64,000 nt of DNA from Thermoanaerobaculia bacterium. GTDB taxonomy: Bacteria > Acidobacteriota > Thermoanaerobaculia > Multivoradales > JAHEKO01. Positions within the stretch are counted from its first letter, which is position 1, and every line of letters starts with the position of its first letter. The DNA lies in the NCBI GenBank assembly GCA_049678185.1, contig JBAUDS010000444.1, positions 7,158 to 71,157 of the forward strand. Direction: 5' to 3'. Below, in pieces: positions 1 to 9,199 of the stretch. The translations under genes were made by a program, and so were the position numbers. The notes under the pieces were generated by a model. The model made no database searches and was not told the DNA's origin. It saw only the letters and a list, made by a program, of their open reading frames with translations.

Positions 1-72
1 TTGACGACCCGTTGGTGCGGTACCGGGCGAAAGCTCGGCGGGCTGCGGAGCGGGTCGGAATCGCGGCGACCG

Positions 73-867
73 TCAGTAGGGCAGCGCGGTGTATTCGACT
101 CCCTGCTGGAGGCCGGTCGGGTTGGGGGGTGCGGCATTGCTGAAGTTCACCGGGATCGAGCCGCAGCCGTTGCAGCCCTGGACTTCGAAATGCAGGTGGG
201 GTGAGCCACCGCTGGTGCCGGAGACACCACTCCAGGCGATGTGCTGACCCTGTTGGACGAAATCGCCGAAGTCGACCACGGCCCCGTCTTGCGTCAGGTG
301 GGCATAGTAGGCGATGGTTCCGTCGTCGTGCTCGACGCCCAGGAAATTGCCGCCGATGTCGTTCGTCTCCTCGTTTGGAACATCCTCTTTCACACGAAAG
401 ACCACCCCGGCTCTTACCGCGGTGATCAGCTCCCCGGAGGCCATACTAAAGTCGTAGGCGAAATTGCTGCCCCCCACATGGTAGTTGCCGGTGCAGTTGC
501 CCTGACCTACGAGGTAGGTGGTTCCTACCGGGTAGGGGAGTACGTATGGTGAGAGGTCTTGAGGGCCGAAACCTCCGCAGGGGTCGGTCCGTGGTGCGGT
601 CGGTCCCCCTCCGTCACCTACAGCTGCAGAGCATGGCGACGGCGACGACCCCCGCAGCGTAAAGATTGATGGCGTGTCTGGATCGAAGCATGGCGTCGTT
701 TGGTGAGCCCGCCGGCTCACCAGGCCTTTGTCATGTTGGAGCGCTCGGGCAGGTCGAATCCTTCGTGGTTCGTGGCCTCGACGGTCATTTTCATCCGGCG
801 GAGTGTCATAATCGCCGGGCTCTCGTTGGCTTGTTGTCTGGCGAAAAGGAGAGACCCGATGCGTCAT
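73..867 (-). CDS. M23 family metallopeptidase (LytM domain)
   Basis: The C-terminal half carries the M23 signature, including the HLHFEV and HxxxD-type motif region (GNYHVGG...DFSM...YAHLTQDGAVV...PHLHFEVQ). The N-terminus is low-complexity, and the start overlaps the divergent lipoprotein start, so the true start may lie further downstream. Confidence 0.7.
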   Translation of the reverse strand: MTHRVSPFRQTTSQREPGDYDTPPDENDRRGHEPRRIRPARALQHDKGLVSRRAHQTTPCFDPDTPSIFTLRGSSPSPCSAAVGDGGGPTAPRTDPCGGFGPQDLSPYVLPYPVGTTYLVGQGNCTGNYHVGGSNFAYDFSMASGELITAVRAGVVFRVKEDVPNEETNDIGGNFLGVEHDDGTIAYYAHLTQDGAVVDFGDFVQQGQHIAWSGVSGTSGGSPHLHFEVQGCNGCGSIPVNFSNAAPPNPTGLQQGVEYTALPY

Positions 868-1215
868 CTATTGTTGGTCGTGCTGATGATCAGTGTGGCA
901 GGTTGCGGAGGGTCGGAGCCTGCCGAGGAGACGCCTCCGGCGCCGGCGCCGGAGGGCAGTGCGCAAGCGGCCGCGGAAGTGATTCAGCAGGAGGTGGAGA
1001 GGATTCGGGCCGAGAATGAGGAGCCGGCCACCCCCCAGATCGATCCGATGATGGAGGAGCGCTGCGCCGATGTGCCGCAGTCGGAGATGGACCGGGTGGA
1101 AGCGATGATGACCGAGATCGACCGCGAGACCGTGATGCTCACCGGCGACGACATGTTGGCGCTCGGCTGCTCGCGGTATCAGAAGTACCTCAGGGGAGAA
1201 TCCAGCAGCTATTGA
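859..1215 (+). CDS. hypothetical lipoprotein
   Basis: The ORF 700..1215 was trimmed to its internal ATG, which is preceded by an AAGGAG-like RBS. The lipobox LVVLMISVAGC follows a signal peptide. Confidence 0.5.
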   Translation: MRHLLLVVLMISVAGCGGSEPAEETPPAPAPEGSAQAAAEVIQQEVERIRAENEEPATPQIDPMMEERCADVPQSEMDRVEAMMTEIDRETVMLTGDDMLALGCSRYQKYLRGESSSY

Positions 1216-1287
1216 TCTCGGCGACCCGCAGATCGCTGCCGCCAGCGAGACCTCGAGACCGGCTATTCGATGCGGAGGTAGCTGAGG

Positions 1288-1821
1288 CTAGCGACCGGCT
1301 AGCTCTCGATCGACATAATCCTGCCAGTCGCGAATCTCCTCGCGAGCCCGGGTGAGCTCGTTCTCCAACCCCGAAATCTGTCGATCCAGCTCGGAGATGC
1401 GCGAGCTCAATTGCTCGAGATCCAGCTCCATCTGGGTCACCACCGTCTCGGCTTGCGTGTCCGAGAGCTCGAGCTCGCCAGCCGCAATCCGGTCGGCCAT
1501 CTCCGACAGCTGAAGCTCGGCCCGTGCCTTCTGATCCTCGAGCAGGCTTCGACTCGCCTGGGCTTTCTGCACCTGCTCCTGGAGCACGGTGACCCGCCGC
1601 TCGCTGACCTCTAGCCTCTTGAGCATCAGGTCCAGCCGTTGACCGTCGAGCTGTCCCTCGAGCGAATCGGCAATCCGTTCCAGCGCGAGATGGATCTGGG
1701 TGAGCTGATCGAGTATCTGGGCGGCCTCGGGGACGCTGGGTGGCTGCTGGGCAACGGCGATCCCCGGCAGGCAGACGACAACGGCGACGGAAATCAATCT
1801 CTGTACGCGTCGACACATCAC
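1288..1821 (-). CDS. secreted coiled-coil protein of unknown function
   Basis: There is an N-terminal signal peptide (ISVAVVVCLPGIAVAQQ). The rest is heptad-rich with many Leu/Glu/Gln residues, and no catalytic motif was recognised. Confidence 0.5.
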   Translation of the reverse strand: MMCRRVQRLISVAVVVCLPGIAVAQQPPSVPEAAQILDQLTQIHLALERIADSLEGQLDGQRLDLMLKRLEVSERRVTVLQEQVQKAQASRSLLEDQKARAELQLSEMADRIAAGELELSDTQAETVVTQMELDLEQLSSRISELDRQISGLENELTRAREEIRDWQDYVDRELAGR

Positions 1822-1962
1822 TTGGACCCTCCGTGTTGGCTCATGCGTAGAGTATCGAGAGCGCGCGCGGGTCCTGTCCCACCCCTCTGGGTGGTGCGGA
1901 CTTCTGGACCAGGGGTTAGGCTGTCCTCCTCAACGGTAGTAGTGATCGAATGGGAGGGAATC

Positions 1963-2439
1963 ATGCACGAAAAGAGCATCGAGCTTTTGAACCGGGCCCT
2001 GGCGGAGGAGCTTTCCGCCGTTCACCAGTACATGTACTTTCATTTCCACCTGGATGATCAGGGCTACGTACCGCTGGCCGGTCTGATGAAGCAGACCTCG
2101 ATCCAGGAGATGAGGCATGCCGAGGAGTTGGCCGAGCGCATCTTGTTTCTAGATGGCGAGGTGGAGATGGCGGTCTCCGATCCGGTCCAGAAGATCCACG
2201 ACGCCAAGGGGATGCTCGAGCGGGCCAAGGCCATGGAAGTGGCGAGCGCCCAGTTCTACAACGAGGCGGCCCAGGAGTGCGCCAAGAACGCCGACGCGGC
2301 GTCGAAGAAGATCTTCGAGGAGCTGGTGGCCGACGAGGAGGGCCACGCGGACACATTTGATCTGCAGATCACCTACATCGAGCGCTTTGGAGAGCGCTTT
2401 CTGGCGCTGCAGTCGATCCCGGCGGACCCCGCTGAGTAG
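1963..2439 (+). CDS. bfr: bacterioferritin
   Basis: The N-terminus MHEKSIELLNRALAEELSAVHQYMYFHF matches the bacterioferritin family and ferroxidase-site region. A GGGAGGGA RBS lies 5-10 nt upstream, and the 158-aa length fits. Confidence 0.85.
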   Translation: MHEKSIELLNRALAEELSAVHQYMYFHFHLDDQGYVPLAGLMKQTSIQEMRHAEELAERILFLDGEVEMAVSDPVQKIHDAKGMLERAKAMEVASAQFYNEAAQECAKNADAASKKIFEELVADEEGHADTFDLQITYIERFGERFLALQSIPADPAE

Positions 2440-2509
2440 GAGACAAACTCGGCGGAACTGCCGATGGCAGTCCAGCGGTCGAGTGTGATAGAAACAGCGG
2501 CACTCGACC

Positions 2510-4657
2510 ATGGTTGGCAAGAAACTCGCGCACTACCAGATCCGCGAAAAACTCGGCGAAGGCGGGATGGGTGAGGTCTATGTGGCCGAAGACACCCGTC
2601 TGGATCGTCGAGTGGCGCTCAAAGTCCTGCCCGAGAAGATGGCCGAGGACCCCGAGCGGCTCGAGCGCTTCGAGCGGGAGGCCAAGGCGGTCGCGGCGCT
2701 CAACCATCCCAATATCGTCACCATCCACTCGGTAGAGGAGGCCGACGGCTACCACTTCATCACCATGGAGCTGGTGGAGGGCAAGACCCTGGCCGAATCG
2801 CTGCTCAAAGGGGCCTTGTCGCTGGAGACCTTCTTCGACGTGGCCACCCACCTGGCCGACGCGTTGAGCGCGGCCCACAGTCAGGGCATCACCCACCGCG
2901 ACCTCAAACCGGCCAACGTCATGGTCGGCAACGACGGACGGATCAAGGTCCTGGACTTCGGGCTCGCCAAGCTGCGCGGACTCGGGCCGGCGGCGGAGAC
3001 CACCGAGCTGGCAACGGCCACCCTGACCCAACAGGGTCTTATTTTGGGGACGGTGCCCTATATGTCCCCCGAGCAGCTGCAGGGCAAGCCGGTGGATCAC
3101 CGGGCGGACATCTTTTCACTCGGCATCGTCCTCTATGAGACCGCTACCGGCCGGCGACCCTTCCAGGGGGAGACCTCGGTCGATCTCATCTCCGCCATCC
3201 TGCGCGACTCACCCCGACCGGTCACCGAGGTCAAGGTGGATCTGCCGGCCGACCTGGGGAGAATCATCCGCCGCTGTCTGGAGAAGGATCCTGAGCGGCG
3301 CTACCAGTCGGTGCAAGACATCCGCACCGAGCTGGAGGATATGCAGTCGGACGCGGTCACCAAGACCACCGAGCAGCCGTCGATCGCCGTGCTGCCATTC
3401 GTCGACATGAGCCCCGAAAGGGACCAGGAGTATTTCTGCGACGGCACCGCGGAGGAGCTGATCAATACGCTCATCAAAGCGGGTGGCCTCAGGGTGGCAT
3501 CTCGCACCTCGGCCTTTGGCTACAAGGGCAAAGATCTGAAGATTCAACAGATCGGCAAAGAGCTCAATGTGGGCACCGTGCTCGAGGGCAGCGTCCGCAA
3601 GGCCGGCAACCGGCTTCGCATCAATGCCCAGCTGGTCAACGTGACCGACGGCTACCAACTCTGGGCCGAGACCTTCGACCGCGAAATGGAGGATGTCTTT
3701 GCCATCCAGGACGAGATCGCCCGCAACATCAGCCGGGCGCTCAAGGGGGTGCTGACCGAGCAGGAGGAGGAGCCCTCCCTGCCCAGGGTCCCCACCGCCA
3801 GCGTCAAGGCCTACGAGTTCTATCTTCGCGGTCGCCAGCTCTTCCACGGCCACAGCCGCAACAGTCTGGAGCGCGCGCGGAGGCTCTTCCAGCGGGCCTG
3901 CGAGCTGGATCCCGAATACGGCAACGCCTGGGCCGGGGTCGCCGACTGCTGCTCGCTGATGTACATGTACTGGGATGCCAGCGAATCGCAGCTCGAGCAG
4001 GCCGAGGAGGCCAGCCGCAAGGCCCTCGAGCTCGACCCCGATGCCGCCGAGACCCACGTCGCCCGCGGGTTGGCGGTGTCGCTCAACAAGCGCTACGACG
4101 AGGCCACCCGCGAGTTCGAGCTCGCTATCCGTCAGAACCGCGAGCTCTACGAGGCTTACTACTTCTATGCCCGGGCCTGCGTGGCGCAGGGAAAGCTGGA
4201 GCGGGCAGCGGAGCTCTTCGAGCAGGCCTGCCGCATGCGGCCCGAGGACTATGTGGCGCCCGCCTTTCTCGGCGGCATCAACAACGCCCTGGGCCGAAAG
4301 AACGAATCGGAGGCGGCCTACCGGCGCTCACTCGATGCGGCCGAGGGGCACCTGGAGCTCTTTCCCGAAGAGCCGCGAGCGCTCTACATGGGAGCCATCT
4401 CGCTCGCCGCGCTGGAGGAGAACGAGCGCGCCCGCGACTGGGCCGACCGCGCCTTGGTAGCCGACCCGGAAGAGCCCATCGTGCTCTACAACGTCGCCTG
4501 TACCTATGCCTGTCTGGGCGAGATAGAGAAGGCCATCGACTGTCTCGACGAGGCCATCACCTTCGGCATGGGCCAGAAGGAGTGGTACCAGCACGACACC
4601 GACCTCGACCCGCTGCGCGAGCACCCCCGCTTCCAGACCCTACTCGACCGCCTCTAA
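2510..4657 (+). CDS. Hanks-type Ser/Thr protein kinase with TolB-N-like module and C-terminal TPR repeats
   Basis: Kinase motifs are present: GEGGMGEVY (the Gly-rich glycine loop), VALK, HRDLKPANVM, DFGLAK and PYMSPEQ. A mid region (LPFVDMSPERDQEYFCDGTAEELI...LEGSVRKAGNRLRINAQL) resembles the TolB N-terminal-like module, and the C-terminal third is TPR-like. Confidence 0.85.
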   Translation: MVGKKLAHYQIREKLGEGGMGEVYVAEDTRLDRRVALKVLPEKMAEDPERLERFEREAKAVAALNHPNIVTIHSVEEADGYHFITMELVEGKTLAESLLKGALSLETFFDVATHLADALSAAHSQGITHRDLKPANVMVGNDGRIKVLDFGLAKLRGLGPAAETTELATATLTQQGLILGTVPYMSPEQLQGKPVDHRADIFSLGIVLYETATGRRPFQGETSVDLISAILRDSPRPVTEVKVDLPADLGRIIRRCLEKDPERRYQSVQDIRTELEDMQSDAVTKTTEQPSIAVLPFVDMSPERDQEYFCDGTAEELINTLIKAGGLRVASRTSAFGYKGKDLKIQQIGKELNVGTVLEGSVRKAGNRLRINAQLVNVTDGYQLWAETFDREMEDVFAIQDEIARNISRALKGVLTEQEEEPSLPRVPTASVKAYEFYLRGRQLFHGHSRNSLERARRLFQRACELDPEYGNAWAGVADCCSLMYMYWDASESQLEQAEEASRKALELDPDAAETHVARGLAVSLNKRYDEATREFELAIRQNRELYEAYYFYARACVAQGKLERAAELFEQACRMRPEDYVAPAFLGGINNALGRKNESEAAYRRSLDAAEGHLELFPEEPRALYMGAISLAALEENERARDWADRALVADPEEPIVLYNVACTYACLGEIEKAIDCLDEAITFGMGQKEWYQHDTDLDPLREHPRFQTLLDRL

Positions 4658-4663
4658 AGTCCC

Positions 4664-5527
4664 TCAATCCCAGTTGGTTGCGGTCGCCCAGGCCTCGAAG
4701 GTCTGGGGCTGGACGTCGAGCTCCTCTGCCACCCCGCTGATGTCGGCGTCGTAACCGACGCGGTCGAGCCACTCCAGCATGCTCGCGAAGTCAGCGCTGA
4801 ACTGGCGGACATCTTCGATGGGTGTGGGCTCGAAGGCCACCTCTCGACCGGTCGCCTGGCTGAGGATCTCCGCCGTCTCGGGCATGGTGTGGCTAGCGCC
4901 GGCCAGGTCGATCTCGCGGCCGTTGAGCTCCTCGTGTTTGTCGAAGGCCAAGGCGCCGTACTTGCCGATGTCGGCGACGGCGATCATCTGCAGCTCGGTG
5001 CCGGGCTGGACGCTAACAGTGAGCTTGCCGTCGTCGATGGCCGGCTTGAACCAGGGCGAGCTGAAGTTCTCCATGAAAAAGACCGGCCGGATGATCGTGT
5101 AGGAGGGGAATCCCAGCTCGCGAATCTTGTTTTCGACCCGCCACTTGTTGTCGAAGTGGGGGATGCCGGTCTGCCGCTGAGCGGAGGCGACCGAGCTGTA
5201 GACAAAATGTTCGATGCCGCCGTTCTTGGCGATCTCGGCGAAGCGCTTGCCCTGCTCCTCCTCCCCTTCGACACCCGCCTCCCAGGTGTTCTGGATGGCA
5301 AAGGCTCCCCAGGCACCGTCAACCGCCCGCTCGAGCGAGGCCGCGTCATCGAGGTCGCCTTGTATAACTGTGGCGCCCATCTCCGCCAGAGCCCGGGCTT
5401 TGTCGCCGTCGGGGTTCCGCGTCATGACCCGCACTCTGTGGCCGCCGCTCAGTAGCTCCCGCGCCACGGCGCCGCCCTGCTGCCCGGTCGCACCGGTAAT
5501 CAGAATCACATCTTCACCCTTCTTCAT
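4664..5527 (-). CDS. NmrA-family NAD(P)-binding protein
   Basis: The N-terminus begins ILITGATGQQGGAV, a Rossmann GxxGxxG. The chosen start at MKKGEDV (index 19 of the ORF) is preceded by GGAGGT. The gene sits downstream of MarR on the same strand. Confidence 0.75.
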   Translation of the reverse strand: MKKGEDVILITGATGQQGGAVARELLSGGHRVRVMTRNPDGDKARALAEMGATVIQGDLDDAASLERAVDGAWGAFAIQNTWEAGVEGEEEQGKRFAEIAKNGGIEHFVYSSVASAQRQTGIPHFDNKWRVENKIRELGFPSYTIIRPVFFMENFSSPWFKPAIDDGKLTVSVQPGTELQMIAVADIGKYGALAFDKHEELNGREIDLAGASHTMPETAEILSQATGREVAFEPTPIEDVRQFSADFASMLEWLDRVGYDADISGVAEELDVQPQTFEAWATATNWD

Positions 5528-5603
5528 CGTCGGTACCTCCGTCTGACTATGTTTGTTGTAACGACTATCTACCCAAAAAAACATCCAGACCGATCGTGGG
5601 GCC

Positions 5604-6098
5604 CTAAGGAAACTCGCCCATATCGGCTCTCATCGCGTCCAGCAGATCCCTCAGTTCGCGCAGTCGCTTCTTTCCCAGTTGCCCCAGGATCTGTTTTGGG
5701 AACTGCTCGACCGCTTTGTCCAGGGATTTGAGTGTCGCCAAGCCGTCCCTGGCGATAAAGATCCTCACCAACCGGCGGTCGCCGGTGTCTCGCTTTCTGG
5801 TGACCAGCTTGCGCTCTGCCAGCCGGTCGACCAACCTGGTGACGTCCGGATCGCGGTTGATCATCCGCTCGGCTACCTCGCCGCAGGTCAAACCCTCGGG
5901 GTGTGCTCCCCGCAGGATCCGCAGCAGGTTGTACTGCGTCGTGCTCAACCCGGTCCTGGACTTGAGGAAGCGCGCCCACGGCTCTCGCGCTCGTTGTGCG
6001 GTCAGGCGGAGGCCGAGATAGACCTCAGCCTCGAGCGAAGGGAAGGCCTTGGCTTGCTTGAGCTCCTTTTGCAGTTGGGAAGACATTATCTGTTGCAA
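5604..6098 (-). CDS. MarR family transcriptional regulator
   Basis: The winged-helix region LSTTQYNLLRIL...LTCGEVAERMINRDPDVTRLVDRLAERKLVTRKRDTGDRR is typical of MarR. Confidence 0.8.
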   Translation of the reverse strand: MQQIMSSQLQKELKQAKAFPSLEAEVYLGLRLTAQRAREPWARFLKSRTGLSTTQYNLLRILRGAHPEGLTCGEVAERMINRDPDVTRLVDRLAERKLVTRKRDTGDRRLVRIFIARDGLATLKSLDKAVEQFPKQILGQLGKKRLRELRDLLDAMRADMGEFP

Positions 6099-6205
6099 CG
6101 ATAACTGGTAGAACCGTAATTTGTCAAGTGGGGTCTTCGGATCGGTGTCGGCATCGTGTAGCCTTTGGGCGTGAGCGGAACGAATCGGGCGGACCTGGTG
6201 GAGCG

Positions 6206-6985
6206 ATGAGCAGAATCAGCCTCGTTCACTGGAGCCTGGAAGAGGGCAAGGAGCGGGCCTCACAGCTGCGACGGGCCGGCCATCGAGTCAAGATGGTCTC
6301 CCCCCAGGGAGGAGACAGTCTTCAGGATTTGCTGACAAAGCCGCCCGACTCTTTCGTCATCGATCTCGGCCGGTCGCCGTCACAGGGGCGTGATCTGGCC
6401 ATCTGGCTCCGCGGACGCAAGGCCACCCGCTCCGTGCCCATCGTCTTGGTCGGCGGCGATCCTCAGAAGGTCGCGGGCGTGCGGAAGGTGCTGCCGGATG
6501 CCGTCTTCTCGGAGTGGCGACGGATCCGCAGCGCCGTGCGGCAAGCCATCGAGAGCCCGCCGACCGCCCCGGTGCAACCGGGGGCGATGGCCGGCTATGC
6601 GGGGACTCCGCTGCCCAAGAAACTCGGTATCAAAGAGGGATCGGTCGTGGTGCTGCTTGGTGCGCCCGGCGACTTCGAAGAAACTCTGGGCACCCTACCG
6701 CCCGAAGTTCGGCCGCGGCGCCGAGCTCGCGGTGAAGCCGATCTGGTGCTGTTGTTCTGCAAACGCCTGGCGGAGCTCGAGCGCCGCTTTCCGGTAGCCG
6801 TTCGTACGATGGCGGAAGGGGGGAGCCTGTGGATCGCCTGGCCCAAGCAGGCTTCGGGGGTCGCCACCGATCTCACCCAGAACAAGGTGCGTGCCTACGG
6901 CCTCGACAACGGTCTCGTCGACTTCAAGATCTGCGCCATCGACGACACCTGGTCAGGGCTGCGCTTTGCCCGTCGTAAGAGCTGA
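6206..6985 (+). CDS. hypothetical protein with a receiver-like N-terminal domain and a DUF3052-like C-terminal domain
   Basis: The internal ATG was chosen because it follows GGTGGAG. The N-terminus (EE ... FVIDLG ... IVLVGG ... K) resembles a CheY-like fold. The C-terminal 150 aa resemble DUF3052, but this is recalled from memory and not verified. Confidence 0.45.
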   Translation: MSRISLVHWSLEEGKERASQLRRAGHRVKMVSPQGGDSLQDLLTKPPDSFVIDLGRSPSQGRDLAIWLRGRKATRSVPIVLVGGDPQKVAGVRKVLPDAVFSEWRRIRSAVRQAIESPPTAPVQPGAMAGYAGTPLPKKLGIKEGSVVVLLGAPGDFEETLGTLPPEVRPRRRARGEADLVLLFCKRLAELERRFPVAVRTMAEGGSLWIAWPKQASGVATDLTQNKVRAYGLDNGLVDFKICAIDDTWSGLRFARRKS

Positions 6986-7018
6986 AGTCGCGCAGAGTAC
7001 GGGGAGGAAGAAGATTCG

Positions 7019-7714
7019 ATGAAGGGAATGACGAGGATCTTGGCGGTGATGATGTTCATACCTGTTCTCGGCTGTCGACAAGAACCGGCCGAGCTGCCGT
7101 CCGCGGAGACGCTGCGTATCTATCTCGCCCGTCACGGGCAGACCGACTGGAACGCCGAGCGACGGCTCCAGGGGGGTACCGACACCGAGCTCAACGAGAC
7201 CGGTCGAGGACAGGCGGCCGAGCTGGCAGCGAGGCTGGATGGGATCGCACTTGACGCTGTCTACTCGAGTCAGCTTCGCCGGAGTCGCGATACCGCCCAG
7301 GTGGTCGCGGGCGAGAGTGGGGTGGTCAGCCTCGCCGAGCTCAACGAGCAGCAGCTGGGAGAGTTCGAGGGTGCCTACCTCGACGGCCGTGACCCCCAAG
7401 CCGTGGCCGAGTTCGAGCGCCGGAGCGCCGACCCGACCGATACGATGGGTGGCGGGGAGTCGATCGAACAGCACCTGGCACGTGTGGAGCAGGCGCTCGA
7501 GCTCATTCGCGGCCGGCATCCCAGCGGGCGGATATTGATCGTCGGTCATGGTGGCACCAACGCCCAGATCTTGCGAGCGCTGCTCGGCCTGAGCGCGCAG
7601 GAGGCTGGAGAGATAGGGCAGAGCAACTCGGAGCTCTACCTCATCGAGCTGTCCCCAGGTCGGGATCCCAGGCTGTGGAAGCACATTCCGTCGGAGAACC
7701 TCGATGAGCTCTAG
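7019..7714 (+). CDS. histidine phosphatase family protein (phosphoglycerate-mutase-like), lipoprotein
   Basis: The RHGQTDWN catalytic His motif is present, along with a lipobox (VLGCRQ) and a second His in the GHGGT region. Confidence 0.75.
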   Translation: MKGMTRILAVMMFIPVLGCRQEPAELPSAETLRIYLARHGQTDWNAERRLQGGTDTELNETGRGQAAELAARLDGIALDAVYSSQLRRSRDTAQVVAGESGVVSLAELNEQQLGEFEGAYLDGRDPQAVAEFERRSADPTDTMGGGESIEQHLARVEQALELIRGRHPSGRILIVGHGGTNAQILRALLGLSAQEAGEIGQSNSELYLIELSPGRDPRLWKHIPSENLDEL

Positions 7715-8978
7715 ACAAAACACCAGGAGATGGCTCCTGTGGGGTCTGGCTGGGGTCGCCGTTGTCATCCAGCTCATCCCGGTCGATCGCTCCCATCGTC
7801 CGGCGCAGGCGGAGATCGAAGCGCCTCCAGAGGTGATGGAGATACTGCGCACGGCCTGTTACGACTGCCACTCGTACGAGACCGATTGGCCCTGGTACGG
7901 ATACGTGGCGCCGGTGTCGTGGTGGCTGGCTCACCATCAAGAAGAGGCCCAGGGAAAAATGAACTTCTCCGATTGGGGTCTGCTGGAGCCCGAGAAGCGG
8001 GCCGAGCTACAGGAGGAGATCTGGGAGGAGGTCGAGGAGGGAGAAATGCCCCTGCCGGCCTACCGGTGGGTCCATCCCGAGGCACGGCTCGATGATCGCC
8101 AGCTCCGGGTGCTCGAAACCTGGTCCCACGGTGAGCTCGAGAGCGTCGACTCCGACGTGGCCTACGGCACGGCTGCGGATCGGGTCCTGCTGATGGATGT
8201 CCACCATCCCGCGCATCCCAATGGCATAGGGGTCGTCTCCGTTGCCGGAAGTGCCTGGCGTGCCGACGAAGGGGGTGAGGGCGAGCCCTTGAAAGAGCAA
8301 ACAGGGTATGTCGAGGCCTATGTCGACCCCCTGGTGGCGGCCGGTTACACCGTCTTCAGTCTCAACCATCGCGGTGCCCCACCCTTTCCCTATCCGGCGG
8401 CGGTGGAGGACACCCAACGCGCTGTTCGGTTTGTCCGCCACCACGCCGAGGAGTTTGGGGTGGCGGCCGATCGTCTGGGGGCCGTGGGTTTCTCCTCGGG
8501 TGCTAACCTGGTGAGCCTTCTTGGTGTCAGCGACGGGCGTGGCCGGGCCGATGCTCCCGATCCGGTGGATCGAGAGAGCTCAAAGGTCCAGTGTGTTGTC
8601 GGCTTGGCAACGCCAACCGATCTCTCTCGGCTGAGACAGGACCTCGTCGGACCCTACCTTGGAGACGAGTCCCAGCCTGAGGCGAGTGGTGGCGACCGGT
8701 CGGTTGGCGCGATCTCCTTGGCAGCCTCGCCGGTAACCCACGTCACCGCCGACGATGCGCCCACCCTCCTCGTCCATGGGGTGCGCGACAGGACCGTTCC
8801 CAGCTCGCAGTCGGTGCTCTTCGAGCAGCGGCTGCGCGAGTCCGGGGTCGAGGTCAAGCTCGTCCTGTTGGAAGATCAGGCTCACCCGATCGCGCCGAGT
8901 GCGGGCGAGCCGTCTGTGGTCGAAGAGCTCCTGGAGTGGCTCGATCGACACCTTCTCGAGTCTCCCAGTTCCACCTAG
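7704..8978 (+). CDS. haem-binding-domain (CxxCH) protein fused to an alpha/beta-hydrolase (esterase/peptidase S9-like)
   Basis: The N-terminus has a TM segment followed by CYDCHSYETDWPWYGYVAPVSWWLAHHQ, which is a PF14376-like haem-binding domain. The C-terminus has a GFSSGANL nucleophile elbow (GxSxG) and a later conserved HG. Confidence 0.7.
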   Translation: MSSRQNTRRWLLWGLAGVAVVIQLIPVDRSHRPAQAEIEAPPEVMEILRTACYDCHSYETDWPWYGYVAPVSWWLAHHQEEAQGKMNFSDWGLLEPEKRAELQEEIWEEVEEGEMPLPAYRWVHPEARLDDRQLRVLETWSHGELESVDSDVAYGTAADRVLLMDVHHPAHPNGIGVVSVAGSAWRADEGGEGEPLKEQTGYVEAYVDPLVAAGYTVFSLNHRGAPPFPYPAAVEDTQRAVRFVRHHAEEFGVAADRLGAVGFSSGANLVSLLGVSDGRGRADAPDPVDRESSKVQCVVGLATPTDLSRLRQDLVGPYLGDESQPEASGGDRSVGAISLAASPVTHVTADDAPTLLVHGVRDRTVPSSQSVLFEQRLRESGVEVKLVLLEDQAHPIAPSAGEPSVVEELLEWLDRHLLESPSST

Positions 8979-8995
8979 AAAGGAAGAGATCGACA

Positions 8996-9196
8996 ATGGA
9001 AAACGAGTCAACTGCCAAGAGCTGTCTGGCCTGTCATCGCGGCACCAACGAAACGCCGCTCATCGCGCTGGAGTACCAGGAGTCCAGGATCTGGATCTGT
9101 CCCCAGCACCTTCCCATCTTGATCCACGATCCGGCGCGGCTGGTGGGTGTGCTCCCTGGAGCCGAGAATCTCTCGCCGGCCGAGGGACACGACTGA
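8996..9196 (+). CDS. small cysteine-rich protein (CLACH ... CPQH), possible zinc ribbon
   Basis: This 66-aa ORF is preceded by AAGGAAGAG. It has a CxxCH and a CxxH pair but no signal peptide. Confidence 0.35.
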   Translation: MENESTAKSCLACHRGTNETPLIALEYQESRIWICPQHLPILIHDPARLVGVLPGAENLSPAEGHD

Positions 9197-9199
9197 GGT

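Noticed and set aside
8996-9196. The small CxxCH protein as a c-type cytochrome.
   Set aside because: It has no signal peptide or TM segment, so covalent haem attachment in the periplasm is implausible. It is kept as a hypothetical small Cys-rich protein.
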